Part shown: in pieces, positions 39,477 to 51,594 of the stretch | Layout: every line of letters starts with the position of its first letter | Position numbering within the stretch: position 1 is the first letter of the stretch | Assembly: GCA_951406725.2 (NCBI GenBank) | Contig: OX597816.1 | Location: forward strand, 158,968,001-159,032,000 | Direction of reading: 5' to 3' | Length of the DNA stretch: 64,000 bases | Source of the DNA: Octopus vulgaris | Lineage: Eukaryota | Made by a program: the position numbers and the translations under genes | Notes under the pieces: generated by a model | What the model was told of the DNA's origin: nothing | What the model saw: only the letters and a program-made list of their open reading frames with translations | The model's database searches: none

Positions 39477-41126
39477 TCATATATGATGTGATGTGTAAAG
39501 TCGTGTGGTGTAGTGAGGAGAAGAGGGGGAGGGGGAGAAGAGGGGGGAGATAAGGGGAGGGGAAGAAGAGGGGGAGGAGAGGGGGAAGAGGAGAGGAGGG
39601 GGAGAGAGAAGGGGAGTGAGGGAGCAGAGGGAAGAGGGAAGGAGGGAGGGAGAAAGAGGGAAGGAGGGAGGGAGAAAGAGGGAAGAAGGGAAGGGGAGTA
39701 GGGGTGAAAGGATGAAGGACTGAAGAAGTAGGGGTCGGGGGGAAGGATAGGTGAGGAGGGGGGAGACGGGGGTTAGATGAGGAGGGGGGGTGGAGTTGAG
39801 ACCAAATGGCGTATAAGAGCGAAGAGAGAAGATTAATTCCTGTTCACGGCGCAAACGGGAATCCGGATGGCCTCTGTGTAAGGACAAACCGAACACAGAT
39901 AGGTGCTGCAAGGAGTGGCCGGTGGAGCGGAAATGGCGTGAGACCGGTGTGTCGTTCGCAAGGTGGATGTCACGAAGGTGTTCCGCGAACCGGTCAGCCA
40001 AGCGGCGTCCCGTTTGTCCGATGTACAAGGAATTGCAGAGAGAGCAAAAGACGCAATAGATAATATTGCTGGAGGTGCAGGTGAAGGAGTGGATGATGGG
40101 ATAGGGTCGATGGTGGGTGCTAGTGAGGCGGGTGGTGTTGGAGAGGTGAGGGCAAGTGCGGCAACGTGGGCGGGAGCAGGGGAACGAGCCGGGTTGGGAG
40201 GTAGGGTCAGGGAAGGAGCTATGGACCAAAAGGTCTCGAAGGTTGTGGGCTCGTTTGAAAGAGGGGAGGGGTCGGTTAGGGAAGAGGTGTGAAGTGGACG
40301 GGTCGGACTGGAGATGACGGAAAGCTCGAAGAATGGTGCGTTGGAGACGTAGGGTCGTGGGGTGGTAAGTGAGGGGAAAAGGGAGGCGGGAGACTACAGG
40401 GCGGGTTCGGGGAGAGAGAGCAGATACACGGTCCACGGACCGTGCTCTGGCAAGGGCGGTGTGGATAGTGGTGAGGGGGTATCCACGTAGGGTGAAGTGG
40501 TGAGCCATACGTTGAGACTGAGTCTCAAAGTCATGGTCGTCACTACAGAGCCTACGTAGACGGAGGAATTGGGAATAGGGGATGGAAAGCTTGGTGTGTT
40601 CTGGGTGGGAGGAAGAGAAGTTGAGGTATGAGTGTGAGTCTGTGTGTTTGTAGTGAATGGAGGTGGTAAGAGTGGAGTGAAGAATGCTAGCCGAAATGTC
40701 GAGGAAGGAGACAGAGGTGTTGGAGATAGTGGAAGTGAAGTGGAGGGCTGGATGGAAAGATTGGACGAAAGAGAGGAAGGAATCTAGATGTTCACGGGAG
40801 AGTGAGGTGGCACCGATAATGTCGTCAATGTAACGACCATATAGTTCAGGAGTGGGACCAGTGAAATTAGAGAATATTTGGGCCTCAACATAGCCAACGA
40901 ACAGGTTCGCATAGTTGGGGCCCATTCGCGTTCCCATGGCCACTCCCGAGATCTGATGGTAGAACTCGCCCGCGAACGAGAAGCAGTTCAGAGTAAGGAC
41001 AAGTTCGGCCAGACGAATGAGTGTGGAGGTGTCAGGTACAGGGTTAGAGCGGAGGTCAAGAAAGTGTCGAAGGGCCTGCAGTCCTTCGTGGTGAGGGATA
41101 ACAGTATAGAGGCTTTGGATGTCCAT
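39477..41126 (-). CDS. PLE reverse transcriptase plus GIY-YIG endonuclease (N-terminally truncated)
   Basis: MDIQSLYTVIPH, GVAMGTRMGPNYANLF, RYIDD, CSRPRCRTC, NIIYCVFCSLCNSLYIGQTGRRLADRFAEH. Confidence 0.93.
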   Translation of the reverse strand: MDIQSLYTVIPHHEGLQALRHFLDLRSNPVPDTSTLIRLAELVLTLNCFSFAGEFYHQISGVAMGTRMGPNYANLFVGYVEAQIFSNFTGPTPELYGRYIDDIIGATSLSREHLDSFLSFVQSFHPALHFTSTISNTSVSFLDISASILHSTLTTSIHYKHTDSHSYLNFSSSHPEHTKLSIPYSQFLRLRRLCSDDHDFETQSQRMAHHFTLRGYPLTTIHTALARARSVDRVSALSPRTRPVVSRLPFPLTYHPTTLRLQRTILRAFRHLQSDPSTSHLFPNRPLPSFKRAHNLRDLLVHSSFPDPTSQPGSFPCSRPRCRTCPHLSNTTRLTSTHHRPYPIIHSFTCTSSNIIYCVFCSLCNSLYIGQTGRRLADRFAEHLRDIHLANDTPVSRHFRSTGHSLQHLSVFGLSLHRGHPDSRLRREQELIFSLRSYTPFGLNSTPPPHLTPVSPLLTYPSPRPLLLQSFILSPLLPFPSSLFLPPSFPLSPSLLPSSLCSLTPLLSPPPLLFPLSSPSSSPPLISPLFSPSPSSPHYTTRLYTSHHI

Positions 41127-41204
41127 AGTAAAAAGGATTTTGGAGGAGCCGGGAGGAAAGGAGAAAGAGTTGAAAAGCCGGAGAGCATGGTTGGTATCGT
41201 GGAT

Positions 41205-41438
41205 AGGCGCGTGGTTTAGTGGTTAGGGTTTTCGGTTCGTAATCGCAGGGTCCAGTCTATTCAGCTGGCAAAAATGAGCCGTACCTGTTTGTCACGCTGA
41301 ATTTCCCAGAGAAATATGTAAAAAGGGGTACGCGTATCGGTGGAGTGCTCAGCCACCTGCAAGCTAATCTCTCGAGCAAGCTGCTCCACTGATCGTATCA
41401 GCTAGGACCCTCGTCGTCGTAACCGACGGTGTGCTTCC
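41205..41438 (+). mobile_element. SINE family C, internally deleted
   Basis: aggcgcgtggtttagtggttagg head; tail ccctcgtcgtcgtaaccgacgg. Confidence 0.85.
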
Positions 41439-41451
41439 TATATATACATAC

Positions 41452-42002
41452 ATGGTGGCTGCCCCCTCGTTATCGAGTATGGCCATTGCACGAAGCTTAA
41501 TCAATGTTGTTATCGTGCAATGCCTGTGCAAGAAGATATTTTTTTAAGTGAGGAAAGGCTGTGCACTGAGTCAATCCCACTCACTAAGCAACAACAGCCA
41601 TAATCCGAAAAGAAGAACAAGTCAACATCATCGGTAACCACTGAGCCGCAGGTTTTATGTCGGAGTTATCCCAGTTACCTGAGTTGCCTTCTCCTAGAAG
41701 GATGCCCTGACAAAGGCTAGGAGTCCTTCACCCCCAATGGTTTAACTGCGCGATCGGGTAGTCAATCCGATTATTTCTATGTCCCCGCGCATGGTACAGC
41801 TTTAAGACATTTATTGGATGGCCGTTGACACTCAAGAGTTCCTCCGCCCTTTGACAGGTTTTGTTTTTCATCCCGCAGGGTGTCCAATAAACACCCTCCT
41901 CACCAAGCGAGCTTGGTAGGGTTGCCGGCTTAGTCGCCGACGACCCGACCATGCAACAGGTAGTACTGGGTTACATGTTACCAGTAGCACTCGAAAGTGA
42001 CC
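41452..42002 (-). mobile_element. Non-coding bipartite RTE-derived element
   Basis: RTE 5'UTR-like motif ctaggagaaggcaactc; 3' end catactcgataacgagggggcagccacca; structured 5' end. Confidence 0.6.
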
Positions 42003-42080
42003 TGACATAAATATACATACATAAATATATACATAAATATACATACATACATACATACATACATAATGCATGCATACATA

Positions 42081-42128
<48 letters not shown>

Positions 42129-42551
42129 CACACATACTTCATAGATTAAGATGCCTGAAGACCCTATACACCTACTGGTGAAACTCTGAATAGCAAAAAA
42201 GACAAACTCCACCAAAATGTAAAGATACACAAACACACATACATACGCTCATTCATGTAAAAGTAACATGGATACCCTTTGCAAATCTATGCACACATAC
42301 AGCTATATTGATGATCGCAAGCTTATTTACATATTCAGAAACCCCTAGAGCTGTTTAGACTTAGGCAAAATAGCCAGGCCATATTGTCAGGTACCGGTTT
42401 AAATTCTGTATAAGGTAAAAGACTTAGATGAATCATGTATATTTAAAAACAAGGAGTTACAGCCTCTTTACTTGGGTGATTTTTTTTGCTACCCTGGTAA
42501 CTATTTCTTTATTTTTCCGTGTTAATTGTTAACAAGGCAAAAATACACTCA

Positions 42552-42587
<36 letters not shown>

Positions 42588-42734
42588 AAATCACCCAAGT
42601 AAAGAGGCTGTAACTCCTTGTTTTTAAAGGTAGAAACTTCGTGTTTACGTGGAATTTTTTGTATAATATCAGTGAAATCTTCGAAACATGTGTCGAAAGT
42701 AAAAGTATTTGATTTTTACCTGCGTTAAACTCCA

Positions 42735-42814
<80 letters not shown>

Positions 42815-42832
42815 TGTGTGTGTATATATATA

Positions 42833-42885
<53 letters not shown>

Positions 42886-42887
42886 TT

Positions 42888-42959
<72 letters not shown>

Positions 42960-42989
42960 GTATGTATATATATATGTATATATATATAT

Positions 42990-44081
42990 GCAAAAGTCAC
43001 CAGCGGTGTTCCCCAGGGGTCTGTCTTGGGTGCGCTACTCTTCATAATTTACATAAACGACCTTTCCAGTGTCGTACATTACTGCAAAGTGAAAATATTT
43101 GCTGATAACACTAAGCTCCAGCAAATCGTCAATGAAGAAGCAGACCGAACTCAACTCCAGTCTGATCTATATGCTGTGAGTCAATGGGCAGACAGAAACA
43201 AAATGCAACTGAATGAGGGAAAATTTGAGCTAATGCATTTTGGAAGAAATTCCTCACTAAAACAGCGATACTCTCTTCCTTCAGGGGAACCGCTCACAGC
43301 CTCTAGCAATATCAGAGACCTGGGTGTAATTGTTGATGACGATCTCAGTTGGAGTGCACACATCAACAAGAAGGTCGATATAGCTCTTAGGATGAGTTCC
43401 TGGATCTTAAGAACTTTCCGGTCCAGAGAACAAGGTGTCATCATACCACTTTTCTCCTACTTTGTACGGCCACATCTTGAATATTGCTGCCCACTGTGGT
43501 CTCCCCATACAAGACAAAACATCTCCAGGATTGAGTCACCCCAGAGGGCACTCACTAAACGAATTGAAGGCATGGCTGCTCTCGGTTATTGGGATCGCCT
43601 TAAAGCCTTGAAACTTTACTCTCTCCAGCGTCGCCGTGAGTGGTACATCATTTGTACGATGTGAAGAATATACCGCCAACTTTGCCCAAACGACCTTGAC
43701 ATTAGCTTCAAGGTTCATCCAAGGATGGGACCATGGGCCATACGTCCCCTGCCCAATTCAAGATCACAACATACATGTACACTGCAACATAATTTCTTTT
43801 CATCAACAGGCCCTGTCCTATTTAACATTGTCCCGAGGGAGATCAAAGAGGAAAAGGATCCCATCAACTTTAAACGGAGTCTGGATAGATTCCTTCAAAG
43901 AATACCAGATAAGCCACCCATAATTGGATACAACTCACCCAACAAGAACTCACTACTTGAATGGACCATAAACAAAACTTGACTTACACAGGATTCGAAT
44001 AATCCTAACAGGTGGTGCTATTAAGTTAGACATGGCCTGGACCAATCTTTGGTCGAAACATATCTAAGTTTATCTAAGTTT
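42990..44081 (+). mobile_element. CR1-group LINE, 5'-truncated, second family
   Basis: [49 protein letters not shown]; tail with (atctaagttt)2. Confidence 0.95.
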
Positions 44082-44227
44082 ATGTATATATATATACATA
44101 TGTATGTATATATATATGTATATACATATGCATGTATATATATATATATATGTATATACATATGCATGTATATATATATATATGTATATACATATGCATG
44201 TATATATATATATGTATATACATATGC

Positions 44228-44284
<57 letters not shown>

Positions 44285-44692
44285 TATATGCATACGTATA
44301 TGTACATACTTACATCTATACGCGTATCTAAATGCATATGTGGGCACAGGACGTCATGAAACGTGTACAATAAAAAATATGAAGTACGCGTATATGGAAT
44401 ATGAACTATTTTTTCGAACAACAAAAGACAGAAATGGAAAACAAGGCAAACAACATAAAGAACGACCCTTCATCAGTTGTTGGATGTTTTTCTACTCTCG
44501 TATTTCGAGCATTTAACAACATATATATATAAATTGTGTGTGTATACGTATGTGTGTGTGTGTGTATGTGTGTGTGTGTGTAGTCGCATATATATGCATG
44601 TATTGTATTTATATATAGTTTATATATAACCATGTATAAATATGATTTACATATATATACTTATGTGTGTGAGTGTTTATTTATCTATCCTT

Positions 44693-44945
44693 GGGACCTT
44701 GGGCAAATGTATTCTACTATATTCTCGAACCGACCAAAGCCTTGTGAATGGATTTGGTAGACGGAAACTGAAAGAAGCCCGTCGTATATACTTATATATG
44801 CATGTATATGTTTATGTGTCTGTTTGTCCCCCTACCATCGCTTGACAACCGATGTTGGTGTGTTTACATCCACGAACCGCTAAGTTACGGGAACGTAAAC
44901 ATACCAACATCGGTTGTCAAACGATGGTGGGGAGACAAAAACGCA
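44693..44945 (+). mobile_element. SINE family A fragment with a fold-back inversion
   Basis: 44822-44871 is inversely repeated at about 44889-44940. Confidence 0.85.
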
Positions 44946-44978
44946 CACACAAATACATACATACATACATACATACAT

Positions 44979-45077
<99 letters not shown>

Positions 45078-45452
45078 GATAGATAGATATACATATACAC
45101 GCACTAGATGTTTAACTGCATCTCGCTTTTCACCTTCTTAATCTGAATTATTCTACATTGGTTTGTACTACTTTTCTCGTCCATTTTTACCATCTGAAAA
45201 ATTTGCTAATTTTTCTGGACCTTTTGTCAATGTTATTGACTTTTAATACGAGTTTCTTGGACTATTCATCATGGAATTCAAGCACTCTGTTTTTTCACTG
45301 TTGCCGTTTTTGAATTTTAGCCCGATACTTCACTCCTAGCATTGAACTTGCACACACACAAACAAACACACACACACGTACACACACACACACATACACT
45401 CACACACACATACACTCACACATTTATACACACGCACACATACATACATACA

Positions 45453-45486
<34 letters not shown>

Positions 45487-46207
45487 CATGCGTACAATAC
45501 ATACATACACACACACTGCAATGAAGAAGTCTTGTATCTAGGTTAGAAACAGGATCATCGTCAAATGGCAAGAAATCTTGAAATAAAACTGAATAATGAC
45601 ATACATACATACAAACATACATACATGCATACATACATATATACAGACATACGTACGTACATACGTCTGATGTGGGTGTATTACAAATGGGAAAGTGAGT
45701 GTCATAGTCTAAGGAGTCGGAAGAGCTTAAGTCCGCTTTGCACGATAATTGTTACTAATAATATATTGAAAAATACGAAGTTATTACAGAATGTTATCAT
45801 AAACGAACGAAAAATTACTTACATTTCGTCGGCAATTTAGTTAGGCGGCAACATCATCTCATACTGCCTACACCAGATTACATAATATACACTTTACATA
45901 CATACACACATATATATAGGCAAAGAGTGAAAGCTTTCAGACGATGAATATTTAAGTATAATACATAGATATCTATATTAAGATTACAAACGATAGAGCA
46001 GACTAAAGGAGAGGTGTTATAAGTCCAACAACAGTTTCTGGCGGCTCGGAGATTCGTCATAATGTTGGTAGATGTAGTTCATCACAATATGCGGGCCGTA
46101 ATGGAAGCAATCAACATTGGATGACTCGAGCCTCTGTCACCAGGGTAGAAAAGATCTTACATTTCAGATCATAATGCAAAGAAGTTCAAAGGTGGAATGA
46201 TTAAATA

Positions 46208-46277
<70 letters not shown>

Positions 46278-46472
46278 TAGATGAATGAATTATCCTAGTA
46301 TGGATAATTTGGTTAATCAATACCTGGGTAGCAAATTCACGTCAGTAAAACACGGTTGAAGTTACATGCCAAGGGCAGAACCCCGTGTTCGTGTGTGGAA
46401 ATTTGTGTGTTTTTTTATATGAATAAATGAAAAGAATGGAGTCGAACGAAGATTTTAACAAAATTCCTTTAC

Positions 46473-46553
46473 TTTCGACACATGTTTCGAAGACTGCATA
46501 CTCTTAATTCCGAAGGAAGGACGGTTGCATTATGCCGTCTTCTCATCAGGAAA
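46473..46553 (-). ncRNA. Type I hammerhead ribozyme with extended stem II
   Basis: tttc-CTGATGA-gaagac..gtcttc-GAAA-catgtGTC-gaaa; all core nucleotides present. Confidence 0.8.
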
Positions 46554-47084
46554 TACAAGGAACCTCTATCAGCCTCAAGACGAACAAAAGCTTCTTAATG
46601 ACTGCCTACATGGTTTCCACAGTGATAATGAGTATTTATTTAAAATAATCCGTTATAAGCAATGACGTCAAAATTGGTTGGAAGGAGGAAGTTTTAAAAA
46701 AATAGGAAGGGAACAGTATGTATGCTGTATGTATGGGGATTGACGGGTGTATGTTTTTGTTAATGAGTTTGAGTGTTTGTATGTGTGTATGAGTGTGTGT
46801 ATATAACTGCATCTGTGTCTGTGTGTGTGTGTTTGCATATGTATGTGTGTGGGGGGAATTGTCAAATATATATAGTATTAATGTGAGAAATTTGTGTCTG
46901 TGTGTTTGATTGTGCGCATGATAGAGAGAGAGAGAGGGGGAGAGGTAGAGAGAAAGAGATAAACATACGCCAACTATATTTAGTATTAATGTTTGATGCA
47001 ACAGAATAGAGAGGAAGAATTTGTCTACGGTAGTGTAGACGTGAAAGTAATTATTAAAACCAAAGAGGTTATCTATATTATTTA

Positions 47085-47981
47085 TTATTTATATGAGTGG
47101 AAGGTGTGTTTTTGCCAATGTTTACATCTATAGGATTTTTCTATTATTGTGTTTACCAAGGGGAATTTGGCGAAAAGGATATAGAAGAGTTCAGAATTAC
47201 AGATGCCACAATATTTCCTGCCCTTATCAAAAGGAAAGGATACAGATAATATGGACCAATCCAGCTTGAAACTTATATTGTTGTCCTTAAGACGCCAAAC
47301 TAATTTACTTAGTCCTGTATTATGTTGTTTTCTCTTATCTCGGAAAGTTGAATAATGGTTGGAAATTCTCTGGGACAATGGAGAAGTTGTCGCACTAATA
47401 TAGAAGAAGACATCGGTACCGTAAGAAATTTTACACTGGTAAATGGAATTTTTGATTTTGGAATTACTGGACAAGAACTCTAATCTGTTAGGGTTATCCT
47501 CCGAGATCAAGACGGAGTTTTTATTGTTATGATTACTGTTTATATTATTGCTGGCATTAACTACTAGACTATTTCTTTTATTGTTATTATTATTAATTGT
47601 ACTATAACCGGCATTATCACTGACAATAGAAATGTTGTTGTTGTTACCATCAACACTACCACTGTTATTAACCTGACTAATTCTATTATTAATATTATCA
47701 TTGCTAACACTAATGTTGCTACGAATGTTGGTACTATCAATACTATTTCTATCATTATTATTGTATGTTTGGTTGGAATTGTTAAGAATAGTGTTGGAAC
47801 TCCCGGGTAAAGAATCTTTGTTTAACAGCTTGTTATTATGGGAAGCAATAATTTGCGATAGATTTCTAGTGTTAGAGAATGCAATTCTTACCTTATGTGA
47901 ATTGATAATAGAATAATACCTAGTATTCCTGGGAAAGTTCCTAGCTACTGCTTCACGGAACTGTAAAGGAAGGTATAACAA
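47085..47981 (-). CDS. PLE ORF remnant: Asn-rich linker plus GIY-YIG endonuclease
   Basis: SIYQCKI..FYISAT..QRISNH..LSKLVWRLK..WSIL..CGICNSE. Confidence 0.8.
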   Translation of the reverse strand: MLYLPLQFREAVARNFPRNTRYYSIINSHKVRIAFSNTRNLSQIIASHNNKLLNKDSLPGSSNTILNNSNQTYNNNDRNSIDSTNIRSNISVSNDNINNRISQVNNSGSVDGNNNNISIVSDNAGYSTINNNNNKRNSLVVNASNNINSNHNNKNSVLISEDNPNRLEFLSSNSKIKNSIYQCKISYGTDVFFYISATTSPLSQRISNHYSTFRDKRKQHNTGLSKLVWRLKDNNISFKLDWSILSVSFPFDKGRKYCGICNSELFYILFAKFPLVNTIIEKSYRCKHWQKHTFHSYK

Positions 47982-48196
47982 ACCAGATATAGTTTTTTGT
48001 GGACTTAGAATTGTTCATAGTGCTACTAGTGACAGTAAGGGGAAACTTTCTGTGCTGGAAATTTGGTGTAGGATGTCGATTGCCTACTCCGGTGCGTAAA
48101 TTATTTCTCATATGTACAGGGGTGCGGACGTTGTTAGAACTGAAATCATTATTACCACTATTTCTATTGTTATTAGTTTTCTTATCCTGAGAAGTA

Positions 48197-49488
48197 CGAG
48201 GGACGTTCAATAAGTAATGCCTCTGACCCACTTGCAGTTGTTTGATTTAGTTGAAATTTTGCATGTGCAATTATTTATATCTCTATAGATTAAGTGGCAA
48301 ATTACAGCTCTGAACTAATTGTGGTTTCCGATTTACAGGTGTTTGAACTGAGTCAAGTGTGAAATGGAGCCTGTTGAGTGTCGAGCAGTGATCCGGTTTT
48401 TGTATTTGAAAGGACGGACACCACGGGAGACTTTTGATGAAATGAAAGTAACTTATGGTTATGATGTTCCATCATATGACCTTGTAAAACGCTGGCATCG
48501 TGAATTCAAACATGGTCGGAACTCTGTGGAAACAGCTCCCAGATCTGGTCGCCCCCTTCTGCCATTGATGAGGCATCTGTCCGTCAAGTTGGGGCTGCCA
48601 TTTTGGAAGATCGACGCATAACTATTTTCCAAATAGCCCATGAGGTCAAGATTAGTACCGGGTCTGTGGAAACTATCACTCATGACCATTTGCATATATG
48701 CAAAAGGTGTCTGCCAGATGGATTCTCAGGCTGCTCACACCTTTCCAGAAGCAGGAACGCATCGAGTGCTTTAGGATGAATTTGGAGATGTGCCAAGGAA
48801 AAGAGTCAAACTTTTTCAAAAAACTGATTACACAGGATGAAACCTAGGTCCATCACTATGATCCAGAGACCAAAGCTCAGTCAATGCAGTGAAAGCACCG
48901 TGACTCACCTCCTCCAAAGAAGGCAAGGGTGCAGCTCTCCGCTGGCAAGGTCATGCTCACAGTCTTCTGGGACCAGGACGGAGTAGTGATGACAGATTTC
49001 CTGGCTAAGGGTACCACAATTACAGGAGCCTATTATGCTTCACTTTTGAGGAAATTAAGAGAAGCTATCAAAATCAAGAGGCGGGGCAAGATCAGCAAAG
49101 GCATCCTCCTCCTGCAGGACAATGCTCTGGTCCACAAATCGCGTCTCGCCAGATCAGAAGCACAGGTGTGCGGCTATGAACTCCTCCCCATCCCCTTACT
49201 CTCCTGACCTTGTACCCTCTGATTTTCACCTCTTCCCAGTCATGAAGTTGTTTTTGAAAGGAAAGCGTTTCCCGGATGATGTAGCCTTGATTTCTGAAGT
49301 CACGTCGTGGTTGTAGGACCAAGCTGGGGTCTTCTACAAAAACGGTCTTCAGAGCTGTATCAAACGATGGGAGAAATGCGTAACTCTGGGTGGTTCCTAT
49401 GTAGAAAAAGACCAATAACTGTGCCAAGTTTCGTTGCTCTACTGCTATGGGAAGTGGGTCAGGGGAATTACTTATTGAACGCCCCTCG
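48197..49488 (+). mobile_element. Full-length mariner transposon (1292 bp)
   Basis: TA TSD on both sides; ~37-bp TIRs cgagggRcgttcaataagtaat..ctgacccactt. Confidence 0.96.
48364..49418 (+). pseudogene. Mariner DD34D transposase with frameshifts and stops
   Basis: RAVIRFLYL..PRSGRP, ITQDET, KVMLTVFWD, QDNA..H, YSPDLVPSDFHLF. Confidence 0.95.
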
Positions 49489-49883
49489 TATATATTGGTT
49501 TAGAATGGGCTGGGTCGATGTATGATACTTTATCTCTATAACCGGCTTTTGACAATGCGGCGTTATAAAATTCCGCTTTTTGGTTAAAGATATAGACATT
49601 AGCAGATAATTTTGACAGTCTTAAAGAAATATTCTTAACTAAATTATCGGTAATTGTTTTGGCATGATTACTGAAAATGCTGATATATTTAAGATTAGTA
49701 GAAGGTTTATGATAGGAGAAGTACGAATTATTCTGCAGATTTAGTGTAATATCTAAGAAGTTGGCTTTAGTTAATTCGTCGTCAAAAACTATGCTCAAGC
49801 CCATTCTACTAAAAAATCTAGCTAATCTGTTCTTAACCTTTATATATATATATATGGATATATATACATGCATATGTATATTC

Positions 49884-49984
<101 letters not shown>

Positions 49985-50432
49985 TATATGTATGTATGTA
50001 TATGAATGAGTGTGCACTAAACATGTATATGTATGCATAGACGCAGTGTTGTCCAATGGTTAAAGAAACTCGCAGACATTAAGCCAGGAATCAAACCCAG
50101 TGTTTGGCATTTCCAGAAATTGTGGTGTTCAATAGTCTCGAGTTGAGTTAACCCTTGTCAGTATAATTGTGTTGAAGGAAACTGCGTAGAGGACCATAAT
50201 GTGAATGATATCTAAATTGCTAAAATACACGGGGATCAAGAATGTCAAATAGAGTAACGCCAGATGAGGGAGTGTTTATGTTAAGAGTGCAAGAGATAAC
50301 AAAGATAACAACTAAACACACTATAAATAATGAGCAAGATATTCATGGGATCGAGCAATTTTATCGTCATCGCTGAGAAAAGGAGTTCCTACGTGCGCGC
50401 GCCCCTGCGTGCATGTGTGTGGGTATGAGTGT

Positions 50433-50492
<60 letters not shown>

Positions 50493-50767
50493 ATTTGTGT
50501 GTGTGTGTAATTTTTATTAATCTGAACAAAATCGTAGCAAACTGTTACTCAGAATTTCACGTTATCGTTTGTAGAACATTTGTGATCACTCCAAAATTTA
50601 TTTTAATATGATCACAACTGTACGACGAACGGTAACGTGAAACTCTAAGTAACAGTTTGAGAAGATTTATTTTCGGCTTTAATAAAAAAAAAACATAATA
50701 CGCCATCTTTGTCTGTCTTGTTTTGCATTTATGTGCTTACTTGTATGTGTATGTTTGTGTGCGTGTC

Positions 50768-50835
<68 letters not shown>

Positions 50836-50838
<3 letters not shown>

Positions 50839-50903
50839 CTTTGATACTTTGATAGGTTTCGGCCATTATTGGCCCAGGCCATGTCTAACTTAATAGCACC
50901 ACC
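50836..50903 (-). mobile_element. CR1 3' tail only (family of 42990-44081)
   Basis: ggtggtgctattaagttagacatggcctgg..cgaaac plus (tatcaaag)n. Confidence 0.85.
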
Positions 50904-51123
50904 TTGCACTCTTAACATAAACACTCCCTCATCTGGCGTTACTCTATTTGACATTCTTGATCCCCGTGTATTTTAGCAATTTAGATATCATTCACATTAA
51001 GGTCCTCTACGCAGTTTCCTTCAACACAATATACATATATTTATATATATATTTATATATGTATGTATATATATATATATATATTTATATATGCATATAT
51101 ATATATATTTATATATGTATATT

Positions 51124-51158
<35 letters not shown>

Positions 51159-51194
51159 ATATATTTATATATGTATATTTATATATATATATTA

Positions 51195-51238
<44 letters not shown>

Positions 51239-51259
51239 ATATATATATTATATATTATA

Positions 51260-51385
<126 letters not shown>

Positions 51386-51456
51386 AAAGAGAGAGAGAGA
51401 TATTTATATATGTATTAAAGTTTTGCATATAAATGTATATATATATGAACGCGCGC

Positions 51457-51524
<68 letters not shown>

Positions 51525-51544
51525 ACATTGCTCTGCCTCTACAG

Positions 51545-51594
51545 GCCCTAACATATTTACCAAATGACTGTAGTGAACAGCTCGATATTCAAAG
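51545..51594 (+). CDS. Candidate 50-nt mini-exon ([16 protein letters not shown]), unverified
   Basis: Acceptor ttgctctgcctctacag|, donor AAG|gtgaga, open in phase 0. Confidence 0.25.

Larger units (their letters stand above)
38938..41204 (-). mobile_element. Penelope-like element (Neptune-like), young, 5'-truncated
   Basis: Uninterrupted RT+GIY-YIG frame; 3' terminal region with a hammerhead-like motif; 3' end at (TA)n. Confidence 0.95.
46275..49841 (-). mobile_element. Penelope-like element (Nematis-like), 5'-truncated, interrupted by a mariner
   Basis: [17 protein letters not shown]; C-terminal GIY-YIG; hammerhead in the 3' terminal region; (TA)n at both ends. Confidence 0.9.

Noticed and set aside
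44400-44490. Minus-strand CTGATGA..GAAA as a hammerhead
   Set aside because: No convincing stem II closure or cleavage triplet
45416-45634. Minus-strand segment DFLPFDDDPVSNLDTRLLHC as an exon
   Set aside because: Weak splice sites, with the donor inside a (GT)n repeat
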